A stretch of DNA of 52,623 nucleotides. It comes from a virus (lineage: Duplodnaviria; Caudoviricetes). Shown here one piece after another: positions 17,222 through 25,140 of the stretch. The notes under the pieces were generated by a model. It saw nothing but the letters and a program-made list of their open reading frames with translations. It ran no database searches and had not been told where the DNA came from. Each line of letters begins with the position of its first letter. Position 1 is the first letter of the stretch. Both the position numbers and the translations under genes were made by a program. The DNA lies in IMG/VR virus record IMGVR_UViG_3300044730_000687, positions 1 to 52,623 of that record; one strand, given 5' to 3'.

Positions 17222-18043
17222 TTACTCTTTTACTCCACGCTTTGCAACGTGCTTCTTCCGATTGTCCGGTCTCGAACTCTCGGCCGTGATCTTGATCCAG
17301 TGCATCACGACTTCCCGCAACCTGTCCGCCATCCTGGGGCCGAGCACCGCCGCGAACTCGTCGTTGCCAATGTTCGTCGTCATGACGGTCGGTCGCCGGT
17401 TCCCATACCGTTCATCCAGCACTTCGTGGAGCTTCGGGATTTCGTCCTTCCCGCCAACCGACAGGCCCACGTCATCCAACACGAGAAGGCCCGTTTGCTT
17501 CGCGAGCCGCACGGCATCGGGAGCGTAGTGATCGTCGTACCGTGCCCGTAGCGCCGTCAGGAAGCTGCCCTGCGTCCACCACCTTGCCGTTCCGTGCGCC
17601 TGGATCGTGAGCCGCAACAGGCCCGCCGCAATGTGGCTTTTGCCGTTGCCGTACGATCCGCTGAGAATCACGAACGGAAACGCATCCCGATTTTCCAGCC
17701 ATTGGTTGACGTACCGTGGCACCTGTTGATCGGCCGGGTTGCGAGGTTCCCATGTCTCGATTCGGCAGCCCAGCAGGTTCTCCGGAACGCCAGACGACTT
17801 CATGCCGGCCCGCGTGTCGCACTCCTGGCACCGTTGCCAGCGCAGTTCCAACGTCTGGATTGTCGCGGCAGTCGTGGCCGTCAGGTCCAGCTTCACGGGA
17901 GTTGCGCAGTCGTGGCACGTCGCCACCCATTCGGCCCCTCGGAATCGTTCGTCCAACATCGCTTTGATGCGGTCCGTTCGTTCCTTTGCCTTGGCTATGA
18001 CGCGCTCCATCGCCTGCTTCACTTCGGTTGTGTCATGGTGCAT
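17222..18043 (-). CDS. DnaC/IstB-like AAA+ helicase loader
   Basis: CxxC...CxxC, GSYGNGKS, LLVLDDVG, RYGNRRPTVMTTN, R.ADRL. Confidence 0.92.
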   Translation of the reverse strand: MHHDTTEVKQAMERVIAKAKERTDRIKAMLDERFRGAEWVATCHDCATPVKLDLTATTAATIQTLELRWQRCQECDTRAGMKSSGVPENLLGCRIETWEPRNPADQQVPRYVNQWLENRDAFPFVILSGSYGNGKSHIAAGLLRLTIQAHGTARWWTQGSFLTALRARYDDHYAPDAVRLAKQTGLLVLDDVGLSVGGKDEIPKLHEVLDERYGNRRPTVMTTNIGNDEFAAVLGPRMADRLREVVMHWIKITAESSRPDNRKKHVAKRGVKE

Positions 18044-18939
18044 TCGACTCCTCGTTTGTCCTGTTGTTTCGCGGCCCGTTGCTCGCGCTGCAAGTCGCGT
18101 TCCTTCTGTTCCTCCTCCAACATCGCAAGCCATTCAGCTCCCAACGGATTCTTTTCGGTTGCGCCGGTCGTCCGTTGTTCCTGCGCCAATTCTCCGCCCG
18201 TCTCGTTCCAAAGTTTTGCGAGCGATGGAAGCGTCAGAACCCGCTTGCAGTTCCATCCTTTTGACCGCGTGCATTGGTCAAAGCGTTTGGCCACTTCTTC
18301 CGGAGTGACACCCGACGCGATGAGCGATTGTGCCGCCAGAACGTCCTTCGTTGCATCTGGACGATACGGGGACCCACGGAACCGTTCACCATACACCTGC
18401 GCAAACGATTGAATCATTCGCTTCGCATCCTCTGACGGTTCCAATGGGACAGAACGTTTGCGACGAGAACGAACCAATGGGTTTCCCCCAACGGGGGGTA
18501 GGGGGGATTGTTCTTCTGTTCTTACGGTTGTTCTTACAGATAGTTCGGGAGGACGTTTCGTCCTTTCGGGAGTTTGCGTTTCGTCCTGCACGGAAGGACG
18601 TTTCGCGCTTTCGGGAAAGGACGCGCTTTTTGGGGCTTTTTCTTTCCACTCGATCTCCAACTTTTCGGCGTCAACCGCGTAGAAAGTTCGGTGCTCAAGT
18701 CGGCGATGCTTGACCGTCAGGATGCCTTTCAACCGTTCCTTTGCGGTCTCAATGTTGCGCTCCGAAAGACCCGTTTCGTCCATGATGCGCTCCACCGTAG
18801 CCTCCACCGTTCCGCCCGTGTCGCGTGACTTCCAGATGATCCAGCACAGAAGAATTGCTCCGGTTGGCGTGAACACCTTGGCCAAGTCTGGCGAGTACGT
18901 GAACCAACGGACATCGGAAAGGTAGTCGTGAAGTCTCAT
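18019..18939 (-). CDS. Phage replication initiator (N-terminal wHTH, lambda O-like layout)
   Basis: AILLCWIIW...IMDETGLSERNIETAKERL; low-complexity linker with internal repeats; SPLPP; directly upstream of the DnaC-like gene. Confidence 0.8.
   Translation of the reverse strand: MRLHDYLSDVRWFTYSPDLAKVFTPTGAILLCWIIWKSRDTGGTVEATVERIMDETGLSERNIETAKERLKGILTVKHRRLEHRTFYAVDAEKLEIEWKEKAPKSASFPESAKRPSVQDETQTPERTKRPPELSVRTTVRTEEQSPLPPVGGNPLVRSRRKRSVPLEPSEDAKRMIQSFAQVYGERFRGSPYRPDATKDVLAAQSLIASGVTPEEVAKRFDQCTRSKGWNCKRVLTLPSLAKLWNETGGELAQEQRTTGATEKNPLGAEWLAMLEEEQKERDLQREQRAAKQQDKRGVECTMTQPK
18544..18626. repeat. Iteron-like repeats inside the initiator gene (putative origin)
   Basis: aggacgtttcg x2, cgtttcgtcc x2, (t)ttcggga x3. 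Confidence 0.5.
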
Positions 18940-19070
18940 GAGTAGCCAAACGAAAAGCCCCCGGAAGGACGACGACGGTGAGAACGAGACGGCAACCAAG
19001 TCTCGCCGGATTGCTCCGGATCGCCGACGCCCTTCCGGGGGCTGTTGTTCTGCTTCTTCATGGTTGCCAT
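18936..19070 (-). CDS. Putative leader peptide (44 aa) coupled to the initiator
   Basis: MATMKKQNNSPRKG...GYS*; its TGA overlaps the initiator ATG. Confidence 0.45.
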   Translation of the reverse strand: MATMKKQNNSPRKGVGDPEQSGETWLPSRSHRRRPSGGFSFGYS

Positions 19071-19096
19071 GTCTCCGCCATCCTGTCGGTTCTCAC
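18953..19096 (-). ncRNA. C4/CI-type cloverleaf antisense RNA with upstream target sites
   Basis: 13-bp closing stem plus U tract, GCAA-capped hairpin, loop UGGUUGCC and linker GUUCUCAC complementary to upstream GGCAACCA (19061-68) and GUGAGAAC (19089-96). Confidence 0.7.
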
Positions 19097-19100
19097 GCCT

Positions 19101-19571
19101 TCAGGACGCCACCACGTTGTTCCCCGCTTCGCCCGGGTTGCAATCCGATTTGCTCAATCGTTCCATGACGCCCTCAAAGAACGCCACAAATCGGTCGTAT
19201 CGCATCCGGTACTCTCGGTCCGTCGCAAGCAACGAGACGCACGACTTGAACCCGTGCAGCACGCTTCCGTGATCCTTGCCCAGTTGCCGTCCTGCTTCCG
19301 ACGATGAAATGCCGTGGTCCAGCAACACCTTGTAAACCGCCATTCTCGGCATCACGAACCTCATGGGGCGGCGTTTCCCTTTGATGTCGTCGGGCGTCAC
19401 GTCCCACTCGCGACACGCCGCCACTATGGCAATCCGCGCCATGCTACCATCGGACTCTTCATCGTGGTCCATCGGCAACGCCATGACCGTCCCTCGCGTC
19501 GTGTTCACCCGCACCACCTCCCAATCGTCCGGGTACTTGCTGGCGGCCTCGCGCAACTCCGCGATGGTCAT
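19101..19571 (-). CDS. DnaA C-terminal (domain IV) HTH-like protein
   Basis: VTPDDIKGKRR...VMPRMAVYK...S..EAGRQLGKDHGSVLHG. Confidence 0.85.
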   Translation of the reverse strand: MTIAELREAASKYPDDWEVVRVNTTRGTVMALPMDHDEESDGSMARIAIVAACREWDVTPDDIKGKRRPMRFVMPRMAVYKVLLDHGISSSEAGRQLGKDHGSVLHGFKSCVSLLATDREYRMRYDRFVAFFEGVMERLSKSDCNPGEAGNNVVAS

Positions 19572-19795
19572 GCCGCCTCCAATCGTAGGACCGCCCTGGT
19601 GGCCGCTTCCGCAAACGTCACGAGGTCCTGGCAGCGGTACTCCGGTTCCGCCACGAACTCCCAGCCGCCGAACTGCCGGCACCGCTTCAGGCTCCCCACC
19701 TCCACCTTGCTATCGGCCCGCTTGATCCGCACCCGATCCCTCGACGTTCGCAACGCTCGAAAGCGTGCTGACTGCGCTATGATCTCGTTTCTCAT
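19568..19795 (-). CDS. Hypothetical protein
   Basis: ATGA-coupled on both sides. Confidence 0.6.
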   Translation of the reverse strand: MRNEIIAQSARFRALRTSRDRVRIKRADSKVEVGSLKRCRQFGGWEFVAEPEYRCQDLVTFAEAATRAVLRLEAA

Positions 19796-20466
19796 GCCTC
19801 AACCTCCACGTAGCACGGGAGCCACGTATTGCCGCCGTCGATGGAGCGTTCGATTCCATCGTTCATCAGTCTTTCGTACTTCTCTTCGCCTGGAATCATG
19901 CTCGGACCAATCGCCCCAAGTCCACTCGGTCGAGCCCACAGAATCGCTTGCCAGTGAGTGCACCCTTCCGTTCTCACCACCGTCCCAGGAGGAAAGTGCT
20001 CCGGTCCGCACGGCACCCGCTTCGTCGCCTTGGCAACCGGAACCTTCGCGACGGGTGGCGTGATGGGGACGCGGAAGGTGCCGATGGAGTGTTTATAGAG
20101 CGTGAATGCGTAACCGCTTGGAACTCGATCCCACTTGTCTGTGCACCACCACTCGTTGGCTCCAGTCGCATTTTCGCCAACGTTGAGCAACCTCCACCCC
20201 TCCCCTACCTGCCCATTGGTCAGCCCGTCCGGGTTGTGCCCTTCGGCAAGGCAGGACTCCCATGGGAGGAGGATGTCCATGTTGGACTTGGTTCCGTCTT
20301 GCCATAAACGGCCATTGTTTTGCACTTCGAGGAATCCGTATCCATCCCCCCAAAAAACAGAGCGTTTTCTTGATGCGATGAACTCGCCTTTGACTCCGTT
20401 TCTGTTGACCCCAATCGTCCCTGGCTTCTGCTTCGACCAGTCAACTTCTTTTGGTTCCTTGTTCAT
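19792..20466 (-). CDS. Hypothetical protein
   Basis: AAAGGA SD; coupled downstream. Confidence 0.65.
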   Translation of the reverse strand: MNKEPKEVDWSKQKPGTIGVNRNGVKGEFIASRKRSVFWGDGYGFLEVQNNGRLWQDGTKSNMDILLPWESCLAEGHNPDGLTNGQVGEGWRLLNVGENATGANEWWCTDKWDRVPSGYAFTLYKHSIGTFRVPITPPVAKVPVAKATKRVPCGPEHFPPGTVVRTEGCTHWQAILWARPSGLGAIGPSMIPGEEKYERLMNDGIERSIDGGNTWLPCYVEVEA

Positions 20467-20634
20467 TCGTTTCCTTTCGCGTTCCGTCCTCCGACTTAGC
20501 GCACCGGCAGCCTGCTAGGTTATCGGTGCGCCCAGTCCGTAGACTGGAATGCAATCACACGTTGGTTCCGTCTTGTTCGCTACTTCATGCTGCCTCCTTG
20601 GTTCGGGTTTCGTTCGCCGGATCGCTCCGGGAAA
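20467..20634 (-). other. Structured intergenic leader containing a Met-Lys-stop minigene
   Basis: GCGA-capped hairpin, AAGGAGG-4-ATGAAGTAG, cUACGg hairpin, 8-bp GC stem. Confidence 0.55.
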
Positions 20635-22521
20635 TCACAGGTTGATCGTCACGATTCCATCCGCGTCCGGTGCCGGCGTCGTGCTCGCCCCAATCAAGAT
20701 GGCCTGCGTGATGGTCCCGTTCTCCACAAGTTCCTTCACGCGCACCAACACGTTCCGCCGTCGCTCGTCATCCAACCGGCCGAACTCGTCCAGCACGACC
20801 AACTTGAACCGCGCCGTCCTGGCCAACGCAAGTCCAAATGCCGCCATCCCAATCAGTTCCTCCGTCCCGCTGAAGCTGCGCCACGGAATCCACGACCCCA
20901 TTGGCACGTTCCGACCTGCCTTCCGGTCCTGCTCCGACACGCACCGTCCAAGCTCTCCATCCCGGAACTCCAGCGGCGAGTTCAACAACCCATCCGTGAA
21001 GGCTCGCGACAACGCCAGCACCTTGCCGAACGCCTTCTCGCTCCACTTCCCAACCAGCCCCATCGGGATCTTGATGGACTGAGTCAGGCAATCCAACTCG
21101 CACCGCAACCGGATCAGCTTCCCTTCGCGTTCGTTCCGCCGGTTCAGCACGTCCTGATAGTTCTTCCACGCCGCACCGTTCACAGCCTCTCGGTCCAGTC
21201 GTTGCTGAATGGTCGGCAGTTCTTCCAGCGCCTTGTTGAGTTCGGCGATTCGCTCGTCCCGGTTGGCCATTGCGTTCCGGTCGCTCGCCGCGTGCTCCTC
21301 GATCAGCCGTTCCAACTCGACCTTCCGGGCCTGTTGTTTGGTTGCCAAGTCCACCGCCATCTCGCTTTCGGCCACGCGCATGTCGTACGCGCTTTCGATC
21401 TCGGCGAGGTCCTCGATCCGGTTGACGATTTCCTGCCGTTCCAACAGCACCTTTTCGAGTGCCGTCATGGCCTGTTCCAGCCGGTTCTCCGCGTTCTCAC
21501 GGGCCTTCAGCATGGAACCTTCCGACCCGCAACACGGGCAAATCGTGACGCCCGCCAGCTTGGCAAGTTCATCGTCAAACCTGTCCTTCGCGGCCTCGCA
21601 CAGCTTGGTTTGCATCGCGAGGTCCACGTCGCGATCCCGCATCTTGTCGAGTTCGTCCAGTTCCTTCGGCCGCACCACCGCCACCGGAGCGTTCGACTGG
21701 GCAAGGTCTTTCGTGAGGCTTTCGAGTTCGGCCTTGTACGCCGCCAGCTTTCCGGCCTCCGACCCTTCCGCCTGTTGGACGCGCAGCAACGAGGCGAGTT
21801 CACCACGCAACGCCACGAGTTCATCCCGGCGTTTCTGGATGCTCGTCACGTCAGCCGGTGGATTCGGTGCCTGGGCCGGCAACACGGTCCCGGCGAATTC
21901 CTGCGCGGCCTTCTTCTCGTCAGCCTTGCACGCCTTCAACCGTTCCTTCCATTCGCCCGTCAACCGTTCCAACGCCGCAACCTTGTCGTCCTGCTCCAAC
22001 GCGAACACCGCTTCATCCGTCAAGGCCCGCACCGTCTCGTCACGCACGTTCGCCGGGCTCGCCTCCACCTTCCAAAGCGCCTCCTGCAATTCGTTCGGGT
22101 CATGATCCAACCCACCAGCCGCACGGAACACAACCGCCGTCCGTTCCGCCGCCGTCAGCGCGAAGAACTGGCGCACGTCGAGAATCATCGGGTCCAGTTC
22201 GTACGGTCCCTGCGTCCGGTTCAACGTCTTGACGCTTCCCTTCGCATCCCGCGTCAACCGCGCAAAGCACCCATCAGGATCGGTCGATAGCGTTACCTTT
22301 GCCTCCACCTCGCCCGGCACCTGCGGGTTGCCCGCCAACGCATCCCACAACGCCTGTCCCGTTTTGCCGATGGCCGGCAGGTAACCGGCGAGCGCGAACC
22401 GTACCGCGTCCGCGATTGTGCTCTTGCCCGCGAAGTTCCTGCCCGTGATGAGCGTGACGGGGCCGAGTGCTCGGTTGATGTGCTGACCGCGAAAGTTCTT
22501 GGTTTCGATCTTGGTAATCAT
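20635..22521 (-). CDS. Rad50/SbcC-like ABC ATPase with coiled coil and zinc hook
   Basis: NFRG, GRNFAGKST, central CPCC, FSGTE signature, VVLDEFGRLD. Confidence 0.88.
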   Translation of the reverse strand: MITKIETKNFRGQHINRALGPVTLITGRNFAGKSTIADAVRFALAGYLPAIGKTGQALWDALAGNPQVPGEVEAKVTLSTDPDGCFARLTRDAKGSVKTLNRTQGPYELDPMILDVRQFFALTAAERTAVVFRAAGGLDHDPNELQEALWKVEASPANVRDETVRALTDEAVFALEQDDKVAALERLTGEWKERLKACKADEKKAAQEFAGTVLPAQAPNPPADVTSIQKRRDELVALRGELASLLRVQQAEGSEAGKLAAYKAELESLTKDLAQSNAPVAVVRPKELDELDKMRDRDVDLAMQTKLCEAAKDRFDDELAKLAGVTICPCCGSEGSMLKARENAENRLEQAMTALEKVLLERQEIVNRIEDLAEIESAYDMRVAESEMAVDLATKQQARKVELERLIEEHAASDRNAMANRDERIAELNKALEELPTIQQRLDREAVNGAAWKNYQDVLNRRNEREGKLIRLRCELDCLTQSIKIPMGLVGKWSEKAFGKVLALSRAFTDGLLNSPLEFRDGELGRCVSEQDRKAGRNVPMGSWIPWRSFSGTEELIGMAAFGLALARTARFKLVVLDEFGRLDDERRRNVLVRVKELVENGTITQAILIGASTTPAPDADGIVTINL

Positions 22522-22554
22522 TTCGTGTTCGTTTCGATGTTTCGGTTTCGATCC

Positions 22555-23364
22555 TCAGAACTGCGGCAGGTTCGGCGGGTCCACGTTTGGCACCGATAGC
22601 ATCGTTCCATCCCGCGTCATCTGAATGAAAAACGTGGTGGCGAGTTCCTGAATTCCAGTTGCCGGGATCTCCACACCCATCAGCCGTCCGTCTTCCTGCA
22701 CCTTGCCCGCGACCGAAATGCACCGGAGGTAGGCGCGACGATACTTGTTCAAAACGTGATCGGCCTTCGACCACGCGGCTTTCGCGTCCTGCGCGACGGG
22801 AGGGGCGACGGGAGGCGCGGTTACTTGGGGAGACGGTGCCGTTGGGGCGAGTTCCTCGGGAGCCGGCAGATAATCCGAATCGCTTGGCGGCGGTTCAACG
22901 TACGGCTCGGGCGCCGGTGCCGTCACTGCCGGCCGTGTCGGGCTTGCCGTCGGGGCCATCGCCGGCCGTGTTGCGTTCGCGTGCACCGGAGCCTGCGCCA
23001 TTCCGGCCGGGGCCTGAAACGTTACCTCGCACGATTCCTGCACCGTGAGAATCATGTGCGTCTTGCCCTGGTAGCTGTCCATTTCGGTCTTGAGACCGAT
23101 CCGTCCGCCACCCCGTTTCCCTTCCGCCGACACGATGTAGAGCCGGTGGCCGATGCACTTGACCTTATCGAACTCCGGTCGCCGCCACATCTTCACCTTC
23201 AGTTTGCTCCCGTCGTCGCCCGAGAGCATGAGGTTCTGAATTGCCCACGCCTTCTTGCCTTCACCGCCAGTGATGCGGTCGTAAACCGCCGTCACGATCC
23301 CGTTCACCGCCTCGACGGGGCCGGGTTCTGAGTCCAACAACTGACTGATTGTGCTGACGATCAT
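22555..23364 (-). CDS. OB-fold (SSB/RPA-like) protein with a Pro/Ala-rich linker
   Basis: VNGIVTAVY...QNLMLSGDDGSKLKVKMW beta pattern. Confidence 0.6.
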   Translation of the reverse strand: MIVSTISQLLDSEPGPVEAVNGIVTAVYDRITGGEGKKAWAIQNLMLSGDDGSKLKVKMWRRPEFDKVKCIGHRLYIVSAEGKRGGGRIGLKTEMDSYQGKTHMILTVQESCEVTFQAPAGMAQAPVHANATRPAMAPTASPTRPAVTAPAPEPYVEPPPSDSDYLPAPEELAPTAPSPQVTAPPVAPPVAQDAKAAWSKADHVLNKYRRAYLRCISVAGKVQEDGRLMGVEIPATGIQELATTFFIQMTRDGTMLSVPNVDPPNLPQF

Positions 23365-23387
23365 TTTGGTTCCTTTTGGTTTTTCGA

Positions 23388-23585
23388 TCAGTGATTCACC
23401 GCAACGAGACGGTAGTCCAGTTTTCCGAGACGCGAGTTCTTCCGGATTCCTCGCACCCAACGCGCCGCGTGCGCAATGTCAATGTGCCCCATGGTTCCGG
23501 TGTGGCGAAGTCCTTTGAGCGTTCCAGCCACAAACTCGCGAGTGATGGTAAGCGTTACGCTGTATGGAGACTTGAAGTGTTTCAT
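23388..23585 (-). CDS. Hypothetical early protein
   Basis: Follows a promoter cassette. Confidence 0.65.
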   Translation of the reverse strand: MKHFKSPYSVTLTITREFVAGTLKGLRHTGTMGHIDIAHAARWVRGIRKNSRLGKLDYRLVAVNH

Positions 23586-23649
23586 GTTCCTGTTTCCTTT
23601 CGACGCGCTCAACATGCGCGAATCAGTTTCACGTTGCAAGTGCTTTTTC
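23586..23649 (-). promoter_or_regulatory. Early promoter cassette
   Basis: A-tract, TTGCAA-17-CATGTT-6-GTCGAAAGGAAACAGGAAC-ATG. Confidence 0.72.
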
Positions 23650-23802
23650 CAAGTTTCGCACATGTTCGTTCGCCTGCGCCACAGTCGCCGGACACTCCAC
23701 ACCGTGCCGCCAGCTCGCCTCAATCGCGTCCAGCAACACCCCGGCCCACTGGTCCCCCACCACGTCCAACAGAATCAAGAGCGTGAAGTCCGCGATGCTC
23801 AT
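23629..23802 (-). CDS. Hypothetical protein
   Basis: ATGA coupling. Confidence 0.5.
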   Translation of the reverse strand: MSIADFTLLILLDVVGDQWAGVLLDAIEASWRHGVECPATVAQANEHVRNLEKALAT

Positions 23803-24026
23803 GGGTCGTTTTCCGGTTTGGTTCCGTTTCGATGCGCCAGAACTTGGTCGATCCTGTGCGCCAACTCGCGCAAATGATCCCGGACCTGCCGCTTGTCCAG
23901 GCTCGATTCCTGCCCCGCGAACCCGCTCATGCGCTCGATCAGATGCCACATTCGTTTCTCGCGCCAAATCCATTCCGGCTCGGGGCCAAGCGGAGGCTTG
24001 GGAATTGTTCCTTGAATGATGCTCAT
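23799..24026 (-). CDS. Hypothetical protein (KPPLG.xP motif)
   Basis: ATGA coupling on both sides. Confidence 0.6.
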   Translation of the reverse strand: MSIIQGTIPKPPLGPEPEWIWREKRMWHLIERMSGFAGQESSLDKRQVRDHLRELAHRIDQVLAHRNGTKPENDP

Positions 24027-24247
24027 GATGCGTGAATTTCGTTGCACCCGGATCGCACCGCGTAGAACACGTCCGCCAGCATCCTGCGCTGAGTGTTCGT
24101 TCCTTGGATTGTGTTCACGTTCCATTCCCTCTTGAGCCATTCGTAAGCCATGCTGTTGCTCACGGGCGGTTTGTCCTGGCAAGCGAACTCCACCATCTTG
24201 GCGCACGCCTCGCGCCACGTCGCCGGGTCTTTCAGGTTTCGTTGCAC
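24023..24247 (-). CDS. Hypothetical protein
   Basis: AAGGA SD, GTG start. Confidence 0.6.
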   Translation of the reverse strand: MQRNLKDPATWREACAKMVEFACQDKPPVSNSMAYEWLKREWNVNTIQGTNTQRRMLADVFYAVRSGCNEIHAS

Positions 24248-24284
24248 GGTTCCTTGGTTTCCTTGGTTATTTCGGTTTCGTCGC

Positions 24285-24392
24285 CTACAGGCTGAACAAA
24301 GCGATCAGCCCCAGCCAAATCAGAACCAACACGGCCCCAGCACTCAGCATCATGCCAAGGCCGTACAAGAGTTCGTTGAGCAACCGCTTCAC
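24285..24392 (-). CDS. Small membrane protein (35 aa, not in the ORF track)
   Basis: MKRLLNELLYGLGMMLSAGAVLVLIWLGLIALFSL; GTGA overlap. Confidence 0.6.
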   Translation of the reverse strand: MKRLLNELLYGLGMMLSAGAVLVLIWLGLIALFSL

Positions 24393-24616
24393 GAAAGCAC
24401 CTCCGCCATCGCGTCCGCGTGGTAAGGGTGCGTCGGAACCGTCTCGCACCAGATGAGGCTAGGATCCTGCTGGATCACTTCGTACGCCTCGCCGTAGGTG
24501 ATGCTTTCCTTCGCTCCTTCGACCGGGTCCGCGTACTTGCGCATGACCGAGTCCGTTCCGATTTCGTAGGCGTACGTGAGGGCCGCGCTACCGTGGAGTC
24601 TTGTGCTGTTGCTCAT
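24389..24616 (-). CDS. Hypothetical early protein
   Basis: ATG after the conserved leader. Confidence 0.7.
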   Translation of the reverse strand: MSNSTRLHGSAALTYAYEIGTDSVMRKYADPVEGAKESITYGEAYEVIQQDPSLIWCETVPTHPYHADAMAEVLS

Positions 24617-24675
24617 TTGGTTTCCTTTCGACATGCGAACCGTAGTGCATGGCTCGCGTTGCGTCAACTGATTTT
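24617..24675 (-). promoter_or_regulatory. Early promoter cassette at the late/early boundary
   Basis: TTGACG-17-TACGGT-6-GTCGAAAGGAAACCAA-ATG. Confidence 0.8.
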
Positions 24676-24894
24676 CGGATGCGTTGCATTGTTCGCCGAA
24701 GCCCTTCCGGTCCGCTCGTAGTAGTCCCACATCGGCGGGTCCATGTCGGGCTTCGTCGCCTCCCATGAGTCCTGCGCCTGTTGCCACGCTCGCATCGTGG
24801 TCATCCTGACGTCCGGCCCGTTATCGCCTCCAACCGTTTTCAGCACGTCGCCCGATCCGCTCACCACCAGCCCAACGAATCTCGGTGTATCCAT
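24664..24894 (-). CDS. Hypothetical protein
   Basis: Last ORF of the late block. Confidence 0.5.
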   Translation of the reverse strand: MDTPRFVGLVVSGSGDVLKTVGGDNGPDVRMTTMRAWQQAQDSWEATKPDMDPPMWDYYERTGRASANNATHPKIS

Positions 24895-24903
24895 GCGCCC
24901 GGT

Positions 24904-25140
24904 CTACCACGCGCCAGCAGGACACGCAACCCGTCGCCTCCACGGTTCGCGCCTCGCCGGACTTCGCCAACACCCTGCCGCCGGATGAATGCACCTATCC
25001 CCAGTCCCCATCCATTCGCACGCCCTGCAAATCCGCTCCCACGACACCGGATCTCGCTCGCGACGCACGCCAGACCCCACCACGGCTCGGGAATCCTGCT
25101 TCTGCACAAGCCTTGCGGTCACGCGGAACGTCAGGCTCAT
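24904..25140 (-). CDS. Small Cys-rich protein (CxxC...C...C...CPxGxW)
   Basis: ATGA overlap with the large tail gene. Confidence 0.6.
   Translation of the reverse strand: MSLTFRVTARLVQKQDSRAVVGSGVRRERDPVSWERICRACEWMGTGDRCIHPAAGCWRSPARREPWRRRVACPAGAW

Noticed and set aside
17222-18043. IS21 IstB / insertion sequence
   Set aside because: No IstA transposase or inverted repeats; the position after the initiator indicates a DnaC-like loader.
20580-20588. TAG stop-codon reassignment suggested by ATG AAG TAG
   Set aside because: Long genes are intact under the standard code, several end in TAG, and no suppressor tRNA was seen.
20587-22290. Long plus-strand ORFs (also 10301-11443, 26910-28085, 44770-46080, 47579-48721)
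   Set aside because: They are antisense shadows of well-supported minus-strand genes in GC-rich DNA and have no recognisable motifs.
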